In this document: one piece after another, positions 12,991-26,714 of the stretch
How positions within the stretch are numbered: the stretch's first letter is position 1
How the letters are laid out: each line of letters begins with the position of its first letter
Position numbers and translations under genes: made by a program
Assembly: GCA_030390025.1 (NCBI GenBank)
Contig: CM059432.1
Location: 34,970,001 to 35,034,000 of the forward strand
DNA from: Squalus acanthias
Lineage: Eukaryota
Direction of reading: 5' to 3'
Length of the DNA stretch: 64,000 nt
The notes under the pieces: generated by a model
Database searches by the model: none
Seen by the model: the letters and a program-made list of their open reading frames with translations, nothing else
What the model was told of the DNA's origin: nothing

Positions 12991-14614
12991 TGTGATCTCA
13001 CAATAAGGCTGCACTCGCTGCTGACAAGCTCTGCACTGGTTAATTGTTGACAGAACTTTCCAGTTAGTAAAATGTTGCTACACATACACAGAGATGACGT
13101 CACGATTTTCCCTATTATTAAAAATAATTGATTTCCACTCTAATGCACAAATCTATTTTTCTGTTCCCGTGGTAACACAATACATTTGGCACTTGTTAGG
13201 TTGTTATATCACTGAGTGAATTATTTGTGTTGGAAAGGTGAATGGTGAATGGTGTCACCCGTGAAGAATGAATTATTGTCCCCATTACAGTTCTTTACAA
13301 CAAGCATGAAAGAACTTGCATTTATTATAGAATTATAGAATCATTGAACGGTTACTGCACGGAAGAAGGCCATTCGGCCCATCGAGTCCGTGCCGGCTCT
13401 CTGTAAGAGCACTTCAGCTAGTCCCACTTCCCTGCCCTTTCCCCGTAGCCCTGCAAATTTTTTTCTTTCAGGTACTTATCCATCTCCCTTTTGAAAGATG
13501 TGATTGAGTCTGCCTCCACCACCCTTTCAGGCATTGCATTCCAGATCCTAACCACTCGCTGCATAAAAATGTTTTTTCTTATGTCGCCTTTGGCTCTTTT
13601 GCCAATCACCTTAAATCTGTGTCCTCTGGTTCTTGACCCCTCTGCCAATGGGAACAGTTTCTCTCTATCTACTCAGTCTAGACCCCTCATGATTTTGAAC
13701 ACCTCTATCAAATCTCCTCTCAATCTTCCCTACTTTAAGGAGAACAACCCCTGGAGAACAACATCCTGGCCAATATTTATCCCTCAATCAACATTTATAT
13801 ATCGCCTTTCATAGCCTCAGGATGTCCCAAAGCACTTTACAGCGAATGAAGTACTTTTTTGAAGTGTGGATATGCAGCAGCCAATTTGCACTTAACAAGC
13901 TCTCACAAATAGCTATGAGATAATTGTTAATAACCGGATAATCTGTTTTAGGTGTTGGTTGAGGGAGAAATCTTAGCCAGGACAATAGTGCTATGGGATC
14001 TTCTACATCCACCTGGGATGGCAGACAGGACCTCGGTTTAATGTCTCATCTGAAAATGGCACTTCTCACAGTGCAGCATTCCCTCAGTAACTGCACAAGT
14101 GTCAGCCTAGATTATGTGCTCTAGTCTCTGGAGTGGGACTATGAACCCACGACCTTCTGATTCTAGAGGCGAGAGTGCTACCACTGAGCTACGGCTGACA
14201 CCTTAATGTTGGTTATGGGATTAATATTAACCAGGAATAGTGGCATGTATTCTTTACGTCCACTTGAGGGCAAAGGGTGCCTCGGTTAATATAATCCGAA
14301 GAATGGCACTTCCGTCACGTTTTACTGCGTTAAAGGCGCTATATAAATGTAAGTTGTTGTTGTTGTTGACAATGCCAACTCCAGCACTGAGTACTTCCCT
14401 CAGCACTGCACTGAACTCTCAGCCTGGATTCAAATTTCTGAAGTGGGGCTTTAATCCAGCACCTTCTGACTCAGAAGTGAGAGCCAAGGCTGACAAGGAT
14501 GGCAGTGATGCTGCGGTATGCTGGGAGCGGGGTCAGAGATCTCTGATGGGTGGCAAAAAGTAGGGGGTCAAAGGTTACGGCAAATTCAGGCTCAGCCGTT
14601 GTAAGCCTGGGCCA

Positions 14615-15033
14615 ATTAGTTCAAGTCCCACTCCAGAGGCTTGAGCACAAAAATCTAGGCTGACACCCCAGTGCAGTGCTGAGGGAGTGCTGCACTATCA
14701 GAGGTGCCGTCTTTCGGATGAGACGTTAAACCGAGGCCCCGTCTGCTCTCTCAGGTGGACATTAAAGATCCCATGGCACTATTTCGAAGAGGAGCAGGGG
14801 AGTTATCACCGGTGTCCTGGCCAATATTAATCCCTCAATCAACATAACAAAATCAGATTATCTGGTCTTTATCACACTGCTGTCTGTGGGAACTTGCTGT
14901 GTACAAATTGGCTGTCATGTTTCCTACATTTCAACAGTGACTATACTTCAAAAGTACTTCATTGGCTCTAAAGCACTTTGGGACAACCTGAGGTCATGAA
15001 AGGCGCTATATAAATGCAAGTCTTTCTTTTTTT
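14615..15033 (+). mobile_element. tRNA-derived SINE with Deu-type core and L2-like tail (SacSINE1-like)
   Basis: Core gccgtctttcggatgagacgttaaaccgagg...gatcccatggcact...ggtgtcctggcca. Tail aaggcgctatataaatgcaagt is shared with the L2 3' end. Confidence 0.72.
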
Positions 15034-15484
15034 AGTTGCTCCAATGGCGAGGGGGTGGGATTATTATTCACGCTATGAGGTGAGCACTATTCATGAAAAA
15101 CACCCTGCTCCGAGAAACCCACCACTAAAAACAGCAGGTGGGCTGGTGGGAATTTTGAAAGAACTCAGACGGCCTTCTGGCTTTGTCAGCAGGAGTTCGC
15201 TGGATTGCTGTACAGGCATAGCCCCTCCCCTTCCCCAGCTGCACTGTTTTCCTCCTTGCATCAGGAACTGCCTCAGGAATCAGCTGTTTCTACCGGTTAG
15301 ATGGATGTATAGACAGATACATAAAGCAATGAAAAAGGCTAATGGAATATTGGCCTTTATCTCAAGGGGCTGTAATACAAAGGGGTGGAAGTACAGCTTT
15401 AGTTGTACAGAGCCTTGGTCAGACCCCATTTGGTCAGACCCCATTTGGAGAACTGCATTCAGTTTTGGGCACCACACCTCAGGA

Positions 15485-16094
15485 TTGGGTGACCGCTTTG
15501 CGGAACACCTCCGTTCAGTCCGTAAGGGGGACCCCGAGCTCCGATGGCCTGTCACTTTAATTCTCCGCTCCACTCCCACTCTGACCTCACCGTCCTCGGC
15601 CTATTACACTGTTCCACGGACGCTCAGTGTAAGCTCGAGGAACAGCACCTCATCTTTCGTTTAGGCACCTTACAGCCCTCTGGACTCAACATCGAGTTCA
15701 ACAATTTTAGATCATAACCTCGGCCCCTATCACATTTATATTTTATTTTTTCATCCACCCTTTTGTTTGGTCCCCCCTTTTTTTTCCCTCCCAGAAGCTG
15801 GCAGCTGTCCTTCATTCTGCCAGCGCATTTCACACTTCATTTAGCCTCAACCTGTCACATTAACACCTCCTCTTGCCTTGATTATCTCTTAATGTCTCTC
15901 AATGTCTCTTAATCTCTCCTTTTGTTATTTCATCCCCTCCCCCTTTTCCCAGCTTTATACTTGCTTTAAATCTATTTCATTTCCTGCTTTTTTCCAGTTC
16001 TGACGAAGGGTTTCGACCTGAAACGTTAACTTTGTTTCTCTCTCCACGGATGCTGCCTGGCCTGCTGAGTTTTTCTAGCGTTTTCTGTTGTTAT
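15485..16094 (+). mobile_element. Penelope-like element 3' fragment (GIY-YIG C-terminus plus pseudo-LTR) inserted in a CR1
   Basis: LGDRFAEHLRSV..HFNS..LEEQHLIFRLGTLQPSGLNIEF*, candidate TSD TCAGGA (15479-15484 and 16095-16100). The CR1 continues on both sides (15310-15484, 16095-16600). Confidence 0.8.
15996..16031 (+). ncRNA. Minimal type I hammerhead ribozyme motif (core intact)
   Basis: AGTT-CTGACGA-A-GGGT-TTCG-ACCT-GAAA-CGT-T-AACT. Stem I AGTT/AACT, stem II with UUCG loop, palindromic ACGT stem III, GUU triplet. Confidence 0.65.
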
Positions 16095-18830
16095 TCAGGA
16101 AATATATATTGGCCTTCGAGGGGGTGCAGCGCAGATTCACCAGAATGATACTGGGGCTTAGTAAGTTAAATTATGAGGACAGATTGTATAAACTTGACTT
16201 GCATTCCCTTGAGTATAGAAGATTGAGGGGTGATCTGATCGACGTATTTAAAATGTTGAAAGGATTCAATAGCGTAGATACAGCGATACTATTTCCTCTG
16301 GTGGGGAATCAAGAACGAGGGGACATGATCTTAAAATTAGAGCTAGGCCATTTAGGACGGATATCAGCAAGCACTTTTTCACACAAAGGGTAGTCAAAAT
16401 ATGGAACTCTCTCCCCAAAAGCCTGCAGATGCGGGGACAATTGGAGCTTTCAAGGCGGAGATCGATAGATTTTTGTTGGGTAAGAGTATCAGGGATATGG
16501 AGCTAAGGCGGATAAATGGAGTTGAGGTACAGATCAAACATGATCTAATGGAATGGTGGAGCAGGCTCAAGGGGCTGAATGGCCTACTCCTGTTCCTATA
16601 TTCCTGTGCTGGCTCGCTGAAAGAGATCTCCCCTTACCACAATTACTATACCCCTTCCCCTTTTGGCCCATCATGCTTTTTCAAACTCTTTTAAAGAGCT
16701 CTTCCCTTAGAAAGGGGTTTTGATTCATGGGACACTGGCTTCAGTACTGGGGAAAGAGGGAGCTGTTCCATTGGGATGGGCTCCACTTAAACTGGGCTGG
16801 GACCAGTGTCCAGGTGAATCGAATAACTAGGGCATTAGACAGGGCTTTAAACTAATGAAGAGGGGGTGAAAGGATTCAAAAAGGGTTAATTCAAAAGCAG
16901 TAAGAGAAATGTCAAGGCTGTAGAGCAGAGTAGTGATCTGGGTAAAGATAAGCAGAGTGGGCCAGGAAGGGACAGAGAGATTAATAAAGGTAATAGGGCA
17001 CCAGTGACTAAAATGACATCAGGGAAAAATAGAAAAAAGTTAAAGCTAAAGGTACTATATCTGAATGCACAAAGCATTTGAAACAAAACAGATGAATTAA
17101 TAGCACAGATAGAAATAAATGGGTTTGATTTAATATTAAGCTCCGAAAGCTTGTGATTTCAAATAAAACTGTTGGACTATAACCTGAGACGTGGTTGCAG
17201 AGTGACCAAGGTTGGGAACTAAATATTTCAGGATATTTGACTTTTATAAGAGAGAGGAAGAATGGAAAAGGAGGAGGGGCAGCCCTGATAATAAAGGAGG
17301 GGAGAAAGACAGTAGAGCGAAAGGATCTTGGCTCGGAAAAACAAAATGTAGAATCAGTTTGGGTGGAGCTAAGAAACAACAAGGGGCAGAAAACATTAGT
17401 GGGAGTAGTCTATAGGCCCCCTAACAGTGGTTGTAGTGTTGGGCAGAGTATAAATCAGGAAATTAGAGATGAACGTAACAGGGGTAATACAGTAATCATG
17501 GGGGACTTTAACTTTCATATAAACCAGGCAAACCAAATTTGCAGTAATAGTGCAGAGGAAGAGTTCATGGAATGCATTCAAGATAGTTTTCTAGATCAGT
17601 ATGTCAAGGAACCTACGAGGGAATTGGCTATTTTAGATCCAGTATTGTGCAATGAGACAGAATTAATTAATAACCTTATAGTAAAGGAGCCTCTGGGTAG
17701 CAAATGTAACCCCACTATTTAAGGAAGGAGGGAGAGAGAAAACAGGGGAACTATAGACCAGTTGGCCTGACATCAGTAGTAGGGAAAATGTAGTAGTGGT
17801 AACAGGGCACTTAGAAAATAATAATAGGATTGGGCAGAGTCAACACGGATTTATGAAAGGGAAATCGTGTTTGACAAATCTGTTAGAGTTTTTTTGAGAT
17901 TGTAACTAGCTGGATTGATAAGGGGGAACTGGTAGATGTAGTGTATTTGGATTTTCAGAAGGCCTTCGATAAGGTGCCACACAAGAGGATATTAAACAAA
18001 ATAAGGGCTCATGGGATTGGGGTAATATACTAGCATGGATTGAGGATTGGTTAACGGACAGAAAACAGAGAGTAGGAATAACCGGGTCATTTTCGGGTTG
18101 GCAGGCTGTAACTAGTGGGGTAACACAAGGATCAGTGCTTAGGCCTCAGCTATTTACAAATGTACATCAATGATTTGGATGAGGGGAGCAAATGTAATAT
18201 ATCCAAGTTTGCTAATGATACAAAGCTAGGTGGGAATGTAAGTTGTGAGGAGGATGCAAAGAGGCTGCAAGGGGATATAGACAGGTTAAGCGAGTGGGCA
18301 AGAACATAGCAAATGGAATATAGGCCGTGATTTTGCTGGCGCTCAGAGGGCTGGTTCGGAGGCGGGTCAGCTGTTAAATTCAAAATGATTGATGGTGGGT
18401 TGGGAACCCGTCTCCACGCCAGTTTCCAAAGTGTCGGGTCTGCGACTTCAAAACAGACCTGATACCAAGCGGCGGGAAGGCACTTGAGGGAGTTAACATA
18501 CTATTTTGCCAGGCTTTTTCTATTTTCACACATTTTCAACGTGCTTCACGTCGTTTGGCAAACACGCCAGCTGAGTGTGTCGGGTCTCCCAACGAGCTGA
18601 ATAGTTCACAGCTGCAACTGCAGCATAAAAGCTAACCTCTCACATCAGTTCACTTTCAAATGCCAGAAGTTGCCAATTTCAGGATTTGGAAGACACATTT
18701 GAGCTGTATTGAGGTTGTAAGTGTGTGTTGTGAACTCTATATGCACTGTCACCTCCTTGGAATAACTTCTCTCCCCATTGACTTACTGCTTCTACCATCT
18801 CATTCCTCAACTGCCATATATAACAGCAGA

Positions 18831-20007
18831 ATGGGAACCATTTATACCCTCTCATCCTGGTCCTCAGAATCGGAAGAGGATCAGCTGTGGCAGCAGCAGA
18901 ACCAGGCACACCAGCAGCACCAACAACAAGAGCGCCAACCTTCTCCTCAGCTGCCTGATGCTGCACAGGGCAGAGGCCATCAGCGCAAGGCTGCCCCGAG
19001 ATACCCCCAACACAGGGTTTACAGGCAGAGGATGAGCTTCCTCAACATGACTGAGCAGCAGTGCCAAAGGAGGATGAGACTTTCGCGAGAGGTAGTCGCA
19101 GACATCTGCACAATGCTGCACCAAGAGCTGCAGCCCAGAGGAGCAGGTGGACACGCCTTACCAGTGGCTGTCAAAGTCACCACCGCACTCAACTTCTTTG
19201 CGTCAGGCTCCTTCCAGGGATCAGCAGCAGACATTAGTGGCATCTCCCAGTCGGCCACCCACAGATGCAGGTTACCAATGCTCTATTTGCCAAGTCCGCC
19301 AATTACATCCACTTTTCAACTGATGAAGCAAGTGTTACCGCGCGGGTGCTAGGCTTTGTCAATCTGGCTGGCTTCCCACGGGTGTAGGGCGTCATCGATT
19401 GCACCCATGTGGCCATCAGGGCACCCCATCACAACTCAGCAGTATTTGTAAACCGCAACGGCTTCCACTCCCTTAATGTCCAGCAGGTGTGTAACCACAG
19501 AAAGAGCATCATGCATGTGTGCGCCAATTTCCCTGGCAGCTGCCATGACTCTTACATCCTGCAGCAGTCTACTGTGCCTCAGCTCCTTGCTCCGCCAAAC
19601 GAACTTTCCGGCTGGCTCCTTGGTGACAAGGGCTATCCCCTGAAGACATACCTAATGACACCACTGAGGAGGTCATCGAATGAGTCTGAGGAGCGTTACA
19701 ATCAGAGCCACATTTCCACCAGAAGTGTCATTGAGCAAACAATAGGGTTGCTCAAAATGCGCTTCAGATGCCTGAACAGATCTAGTGGAGCCCTACAGTA
19801 TGCACCAGCCAGAGTCTCGAGAATCATCATGGTCTGCTGTGCCCTGCACAACATCGCACTGCCTCTTCAGAGGAGGAGGAGGAAGAGCCAAATGAGGTTG
19901 CAGATGAGGAACACCTGGAGAAGGCGGCAGACCCAGTGCGACCAGCAAGCGAGCACATTGCTGCCCGTGAGGCAAGGGATGGCCTAATCCATGGCAGATT
20001 CACCTAA
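18831..20007 (+). pseudogene. Harbinger DDE transposase (HARBI1-like)
   Basis: Motifs [71 protein letters not shown] and CCALHN. In-frame TAG at 19385-19387 and a frameshift near 19270. Confidence 0.92.
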
Positions 20008-20293
20008 CTTTAGGCAGCACAGACATATGGCTGCCACATGCACGTGAAAGTTGGCATGACCCCACTTCCACACCATAGAGCATCTCTACAATGAACTATG
20101 CATTCCTAGCACTTTCACCACCATTGCTACAGATGAAAGGAGCCCTCATCCCTTACTGTGCCACTTCCAATTGTGAGCATATATAGGGCAACGCATTGAA
20201 ACATTCACATGATATTACTTTAATACAATAAAATAAAAGAACACAAACATAACTTTGATTTATATGAAAACACCCAAGTGACTACCCTTGTGA

Positions 20294-23200
20294 CTATTTA
20301 TGTGTTAGCTTTCTCTTACGTGTCCTTCTACGTGGTGCTCCCCCTGTGGCTTCAGCAGATGTAGAGGCAGCCTGCTCACTTCCCTGCTGCACCTGCTTAG
20401 ACGCCTTTGGTGGTCGTCCTCTGGGTTTTGGAGCCTGTGAGGGCCCCACCAAAGTCTGCTCCTCCTGTGGCTGTGCAGGGGCAGACTCGGCCATCTCTGT
20501 TGGGGGAGGCATCTGGGGCTCTGGCCGAGGGGTTGGCAATGGGATGGCAGTGTGAGCGCTTGGAGAGGAGCCCCCACTTCCATGTCCCCTCCCACCACCA
20601 TCCCTCTCATGGGCCACCCACACTTCTCTGCTAGCAAGTAGCTGGAGAGCACCTTGCTGCACATCAGTGGGGCCACGAGGACTCGTGTCTGTGCTGACGT
20701 TCCTCATAACAAGGACGTCCATGAACCTCTGTTTACTCTCCTCAATAGATGCCCATCTATCCTCCATAGATGACCATAGAAACATAGAAGATAGGAGCAG
20801 GAGTAGGCCATTCGGCCCATCGAGCCTGCTCCACCATTCAATGCGATCATGGCTGATCATCCAAATTCAGTACCCTGTCTCTGCTTTCTCCCCATATCCC
20901 TTGATCCCCTTAGCCTTAAGAAATATATCTAACTCCTTCTTGAATATATTTAATGAATTGGACTCAACTGCCTTCTGTGGTAGAGAATTCCACAGGTTCA
21001 CCACTCTCTGGGTGAAGAAATTCCTCCTCATCTCAGTCCTAAATGGCTTACCCCTTATCCTTAGACTGTGACCCCTGGTTCTGGACTCCCCCGCCATCGG
21101 GAACAGCCTTCCTGCATCTAGTCTGTCTAGTCCTGTTAGAATTTTATAAGTTTCAATGAGACCCCCTCTCATTCTTCTAAACTCTAGCGAATATAAGCCT
21201 AATCGACCCAATCTCTCTTCATACGTCATTCCTGCCATCCCAGGTATCAGTCTGGTGAATCTTCGCTGCACTCCCTCCATGGCAAGAACATCCTTCCTCA
21301 GATAAGGCGACCAAAACTGCACACAATACTCAAGGTGTGGTCTCACCAAGGCCCTGTACAACTGCAGCAAGACATCCTTGCTCCTGTACTCGAATCCTCT
21401 CGCTATGAAGGCCAACATACCATTTGCCTTCTTAACCGCCTGCTGCACCTGCATGCTTACCTTCAGCGACTGGTGCACAAGGACACCCAGGTCTCGTTGC
21501 ACTTCCCCTTTTCCCAATCTATTGCCGTTCAGATAATAATCTGCCTTCCTGTTTTTGCCACCAAAGTGGATAACCTCGCATTATCCACATTATACTGCAT
21601 CTGCCATGCATCTGCCCAATCACCCAACCTGTCCAAATCATACTGGAGTTTCTCTGCATCCTCCTCACAGCATACACGCCCACCTAGCTTTGTGTCGTCT
21701 GCAAACTTGGAGATATTACATCTAGTTCCCTTGCCTAGATCATTAATATATATTGTCAATAACTGGGGTCCTCGCACCGATCCCTGCGGTACCCCACGAG
21801 TCACTGCCTGCCACTCGGAAAAAGACCCATTTATTCCAACTCTTTGCTTCCTGTCTGCCAACCAGTTTTCTATCCAAGTCAGTACCTTACCCCCAATCCC
21901 ATGTGCTTTAACTTTGCACGCTAATCTCTTATGCGTGACCTTATCGAAACCCTTCTGAAAGTCCAAATACACCACATCCACTGGTTCTCCCTTATCTATT
22001 CTACCAGTTACATCCTCAAAAAATTCCAGTAGATTAGTCAAGCATGATTTACCTTTTGTAAATCCATGTTGACTTTGTCCGATCCTGTCACTGTTTTCCA
22101 AGTGCTCTGCTATTACATCTTTTATAATGGACTCTAGCATTTTCCCCACTACCGATGTCAGGCTTACCTGTCTATAATTCTCCATTTTCTCTCTACCACC
22201 TTTTTTAAATAGTGGGGTTACATTAGCTACCCTCCAATCCATGGGAACTGTTCCAGAGTCTATAGAATTTTGGAAGATGGGCAGCAATGCATCTACTATT
22301 TCTAGGGCCACTTCCTTAAGTACCCTAGGATGTAGATTATCAGGCCCTGGTGATTTATCAGCCTTCAATCCCATCAATTTCCCTAAAACCATTTCCCTAC
22401 AAATACTGATTTCATTCAGTTCTTCCCTCTCATTAGACCCTATGTTCCCCGACATCTCTGGGAGTTTATTTGTGTCCTCCTTTGTGAAGACAGAACCAAA
22501 GTATGTATTTAATTGGTCTGACATTTCTTTGTTCCCCATTATAAATTCCCCTGATTCTGACTATAAGGTTCCTATGCTTGACTTCACCAATCTTTTTCTC
22601 TTCACATATCTATAGACCATCTATTTAGAAGTGTTACCATGTTCTCCTGAGTCTGGCGATTTATGTCCTCCATGGAGGTTGCCATCCTTTCCATGGCGGG
22701 ACCTACTTTAGCCAGTGCCTGCTGCCATGGCATTGCTCATGTTTGACATGGACTCCTCCATTCTCTGCATACTCGCAGTCACCATGGTTGCAAACCCAGT
22801 CAGAGCCTCCTGCACTTGTTACTGAAGCTCCAGCACCGCTCTCTTTTTGGATGGCCCCCGAGGCTCAGCGTCTGCATGCAGCTCAGCAAAGCTAGGAGCA
22901 TCTTGCGACCTCCGACTGAGGACTCTCCACTGCTGTCCCTGTCTCCACCATCTGTTCTTGCTCACTTGTGAGTTGCTCACAGGTGACAACACTACTCTAT
23001 CTCGCATAGGACCCACCGAGGTGTGCGTCTCTGTGCTGGTGCTGGGTGCGCTCATTTGTGCTGATGCTGCTCCCTTAGAGGCTGGAGGTTCCTCTGAGGA
23101 GTCCTCCTGCTCTTCCTCCTGGACAGTAGGGAGGAGGCGCTTGATGGTCCTGTGGGAGAGTAAAGACATGATTTAGACATGTGATATGTAGGTTGCAGAC

Positions 23201-24048
23201 ACATCCCATTGTGCACATGATGAGCACTCAATTTCTATGAACATCAGATCCAATATGAGTCATTAATTAATGCCAAATCAGATAGTTGGAAAATAATTCT
23301 GTCACCAGGTTGTTCTACTGAGCCCGTCTCTCCGTCCCCCACTTCGAGCTCCTCAGCACCTCCAACAATGTCCAGAGCTGCCTCCTCAGCGTGGGTGAGC
23401 TCAGGCAGCGATGGTGGTCCTCCTCCTGTTCCCTCCCTCTCCCTCTTATTGTGGGCTCTCTTTCCTGCAATGAGGGAAAGAAGTGCAGTTTTAGTGAAAG
23501 TGATGGAATGAGTGTAAGGAATGGATAGGATAGATGTTTAGAGGGAGACTATGATGGAGTGAGGTGCCAATACCAAGTTCCCTCCTTGTGAGGTGTTAGT
23601 TGTTGTCATTGCATAAAATTGAGAGTGAGTGTGAGGGGTGCATAGTAAGATGGGGATGTGATTCTGTACAAAGGGAGAGAGGGATGGGTGACTGTGCAAC
23701 GGATGTTGGGGTGAGTTAGGATGTGCAGGAGTAAGGCTGGCAATGCAGAGTGATGGGGATTTGAAGACAGGCACAGCAGAATGAAGGTAAGTGTGCTGTT
23801 ATACTCACTTTTGCTGAATGCAGGAGATCATTGAACCTCTTCCTAGACTGGACCCAGGTGCGTATAAAGATAGACCTTGCACTGACCTCCTCAGCTATTT
23901 GCAGCCAGGCTGCCTTGGTGGGCTGAGGAGGCTTCCTCCTTCCATCAGAAGGGAACAGTACCCCCTTGCGTCCTCTTACTCCCTCCACAAGAACATGGAG
24001 GGAGTCATCGTCGAAAGGGGCAGCAGCCTTTGTTCTATGTGCTGTCAT
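20294..24048 (-). pseudogene. Harbinger Myb/SANT-like DNA-binding protein gene, spliced (exons ~24048-23809, 23464-23306, 23149-20294), last exon split by a CR1
   Basis: Exon 1 APFDDDSLHVLVEGV..AAWLQIAEEVSA..RTWVQSRKRFNDL followed by donor gtgagt. Exon 2 ag|EKRAHNKREREGTGGGPP..|gt. The acidic, low-complexity last exon ends RRRTRKRK. Frameshifts and stops are present. Confidence 0.8.
20778..22614 (-). mobile_element. 5'-truncated young CR1 LINE inserted in the Harbinger Myb gene
   Basis: RT ORFs 21529-22539 and 20867-21517 (one frameshift), (catagaaa)n tail, candidate TSD GACCAT (20772-20777 and 22615-22620). Confidence 0.92.
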
Positions 24049-25849
24049 GTCTGCAACCACCAGCACTCAGGAGCAGCAAAATGGAAGGGAGAGCCAAAGG
24101 GGACATGGCCCCCTTAAACACAGCGGCTTCAAACGCGTCATCACAGGAGATCAGCAGACCTGCACCCACTGATTGGGCTGGGTAATGCGCACAGCGGGCT
24201 TAAAAAGCCCAATCTACGCAAACGTTAGCGCAGAGCGGCTGGAACCGGGAGCGGGACCGGAGCCCGCCAAACAGCTAAGCCGTCGCGAACCCGCCTCCGG
24301 GAGGAAAATCCAGCCCATAACGTGGAGAAATATGAAGTTATCCACTTTGGTAGGAAAAATAGAAAAGCAGAGTATTTTTTAAATGGTGAGAGATTGGAAA
24401 TGTTGGTGTTCAGAGGGACCTAGGTGTCCTTGTACATGAATCACTGAAAGTTAACATGCAGGGACAGCAAGCAATTAGGAAAGCAAATGGTATGTTGGCC
24501 TTTATTACAAAAGCATTTGAGTATAAGAGTAAAGACGTCTTACTGCAATTATATAGGGCCCTGGTGAGACCACACCTGGAGTATTGTGTACAGTTTTAGT
24601 CTTCTTACCTAAGGAAGGATATACTTGCCATAGATGGAGTGTAACGAAGGGTCACCAGAATGATTCCTGGGATGGGGGGATTGTCCTATGAGGAGAGATT
24701 GAGTAGGCTAGGCCTATATTCTCTAGAGTTTAGAAGAATGAGAGGTGATCTCATTGAAACATACAAAATTCTTGCAGGGCTTGACAGGATAGATGCAGGG
24801 AGGATGTTTCTCCTGGCTGGGGAGTCTAGAACCAGGGGTCACAGTCTCAGAATAAGGGGTCGGCCATTTAGGACTGAGATGAGGAGAAATTTCTTCACTC
24901 AGAGGGTGGTGAATCTTTGGAATTCTCTACCCCAGAGGGCTGTGGAGGCTCAGTCATTGAGTATATTCATGATAGAGATCGATAGATTTTTGGATATTAA
25001 GGGAATCAAGGGATATGGGGATAGTGCAGGAAAGTGGAGATGAGGTAGAAGATCTTAGTGAATGGCGGAGCAAGCTCGAAGGGCCGAATGGCCTACTGCT
25101 GCTCATTTCTTATTTCTTATGTTCTTATAAATATTTTTAAGAGTTCTTTGTGGGTTGAGAGGAGAATGAGTGCTCCTTGGGCCCTACAAGGAAACCTGCC
25201 CCGGACTTCCTCCCCTCCCCAACCGCGATTGCCACTGGTTCCCCCCACCCCCCACCACCCCCGGATGCACTTACCTGACTGCTGGGGACCATTCCCGCAG
25301 GTCTCTGATGGTGGCCTCCAGCCATCCGACTCACCTGAGAGATGGAAATGAGATCCGGGAGTTAAAATGGCGCAGGTCCCACCCCAGCCTGGACATGCAA
25401 GCTCGGCGATCACCCGACCTCACGCCGAACCTGCGCCCCAAGTTAAAATCAGAGGTTTACTGTTCCATCTAGTTACAGAGAAGCAACGGCATTCATCAGT
25501 CCCAGGAAATCAGATTTTAATTTATGTCTCTAATTCACATTTTTGTTAAAAGCTGTTAGAATAATTAAATGAATTCCAAAGAGGCATAACCAACTAGGTT
25601 AATTATTTACTGCGACAAGTTAGCAAAGCAGCTCAAACGTGCAGCAAAAAGAACATTTAGTCCCATCACTGCAAAAACACAACCCTTCAAAAGATGTCAA
25701 CAAAGTGCTTGAGAGAGTGGGAGAAAATGCACAGCCCTCTTGCACATTTTTATATTCAACGATGCGCTGCTAGAAAAATGTAAAATACACTCGTAAACTA
25801 AACATGATGTTATCTAATGTCAGTTTATTGATGGCCATCAATTGATGGT

Positions 25850-26590
25850 TTCAGCCTTGGTTCAGTGCTTGCATTTTTATCTCTGAGTCAGATGGTCCAA
25901 GCCCCACTCTAGAGACTTACTTGAGCACATAAAGCTAGGCTGACGCTCCAGTGCAGTGCTGAGGGAGTGCTGCACTGTCGGAGGTGCCGTCTTTCGGAGG
26001 AGACGTTAAACCGAGGCCCCGTCTGCTCTCTCAGGTGGATGTAAAGGATCCCATGGCACTATTTCGAAGAAGAGCAGGGGAGTTATCCCCGGTGTCCTGG
26101 CCAATATTTATCCCTCAATCAACATCACTAAAACAGATTATCTGTTCAGTATCACATTGCTGTTTGTGGGAGCTTGCTGTGCGCAATTGGCTGCCGCGTT
26201 TCCCACACTACAACAGTGACTACACTCCAAAAAAGTACTTAATTGGCTGTAAAGTGCTTTGCGATGTCCGGTGGTCGTGAAAGGCGCTATCTAAATGCAA
26301 ATCTTTCTTTGAGCACATAATCCAGGTTTACATTTCAGTGTAGTACTGAGGGAGCTCTGTGCTGTCAGATGACATAATAAACTGAGGCCCTGTCTGCCCT
26401 CGCAGGTGAACGTAAAAGATCCTATGGAACTATCTGAAGATGACCAGGGGCAGAGTCTTGGCTAATATCTATCCCTCAACCATCCTTACTAATGCAGATT
26501 ATTTGATCATTTATCGCATTAGTGTTTGTGGGACCTTGCTGCAACCAAATTGGTTCCACATTTCCCTATATTAGAACAGTGACTACACTT
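25850..26590 (+). mobile_element. Two tandem copies of the same SINE
   Basis: Full copy 25850-26310, followed directly by a more diverged copy. Confidence 0.72.
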
Positions 26591-26714
26591 AAAAATTGCT
26601 TTTAATTTACTTTCAGGGTATGGGTGTCTCTGGCAAGACCAGCATTTATTGGCCATCCCTAAGAAGGTTGGACTTCTCCTTGAACCGCTGCAGCCCCTGT
26701 GTTGAAGGTAATCC

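Larger units (their letters stand above)
18323..24316. mobile_element. Decayed autonomous-type PIF/Harbinger transposon (convergent transposase and Myb/SANT genes) inserted in a CR1
   Basis: Imperfect TIR ggccgtgatttt/aaaatccagccc, 3-bp TSD ATA (18320-18322 and 24317-24319). Excision restores CR1 RT codons ATG GAA TAT AAC GTG GAG AAA. Confidence 0.9.
16710..25125 (+). mobile_element. Older CR1 LINE (ORF1 end, APE, deleted RT) split by the Harbinger at 18323-24316
   Basis: DGLHLN-type ORF1 end near 16775, APE ORF 17195-17722 (GVVYRPP, GDFN), RT remnants to 18322, continuing 24317-25043 with CR1 3' UTR. Confidence 0.85.

Noticed and set aside
18831..20007. Domesticated HARBI1 host gene
   Set aside because: Has an in-frame stop and frameshifts, and lies between TIRs and a TSD with a Myb partner, so it is a transposon copy.
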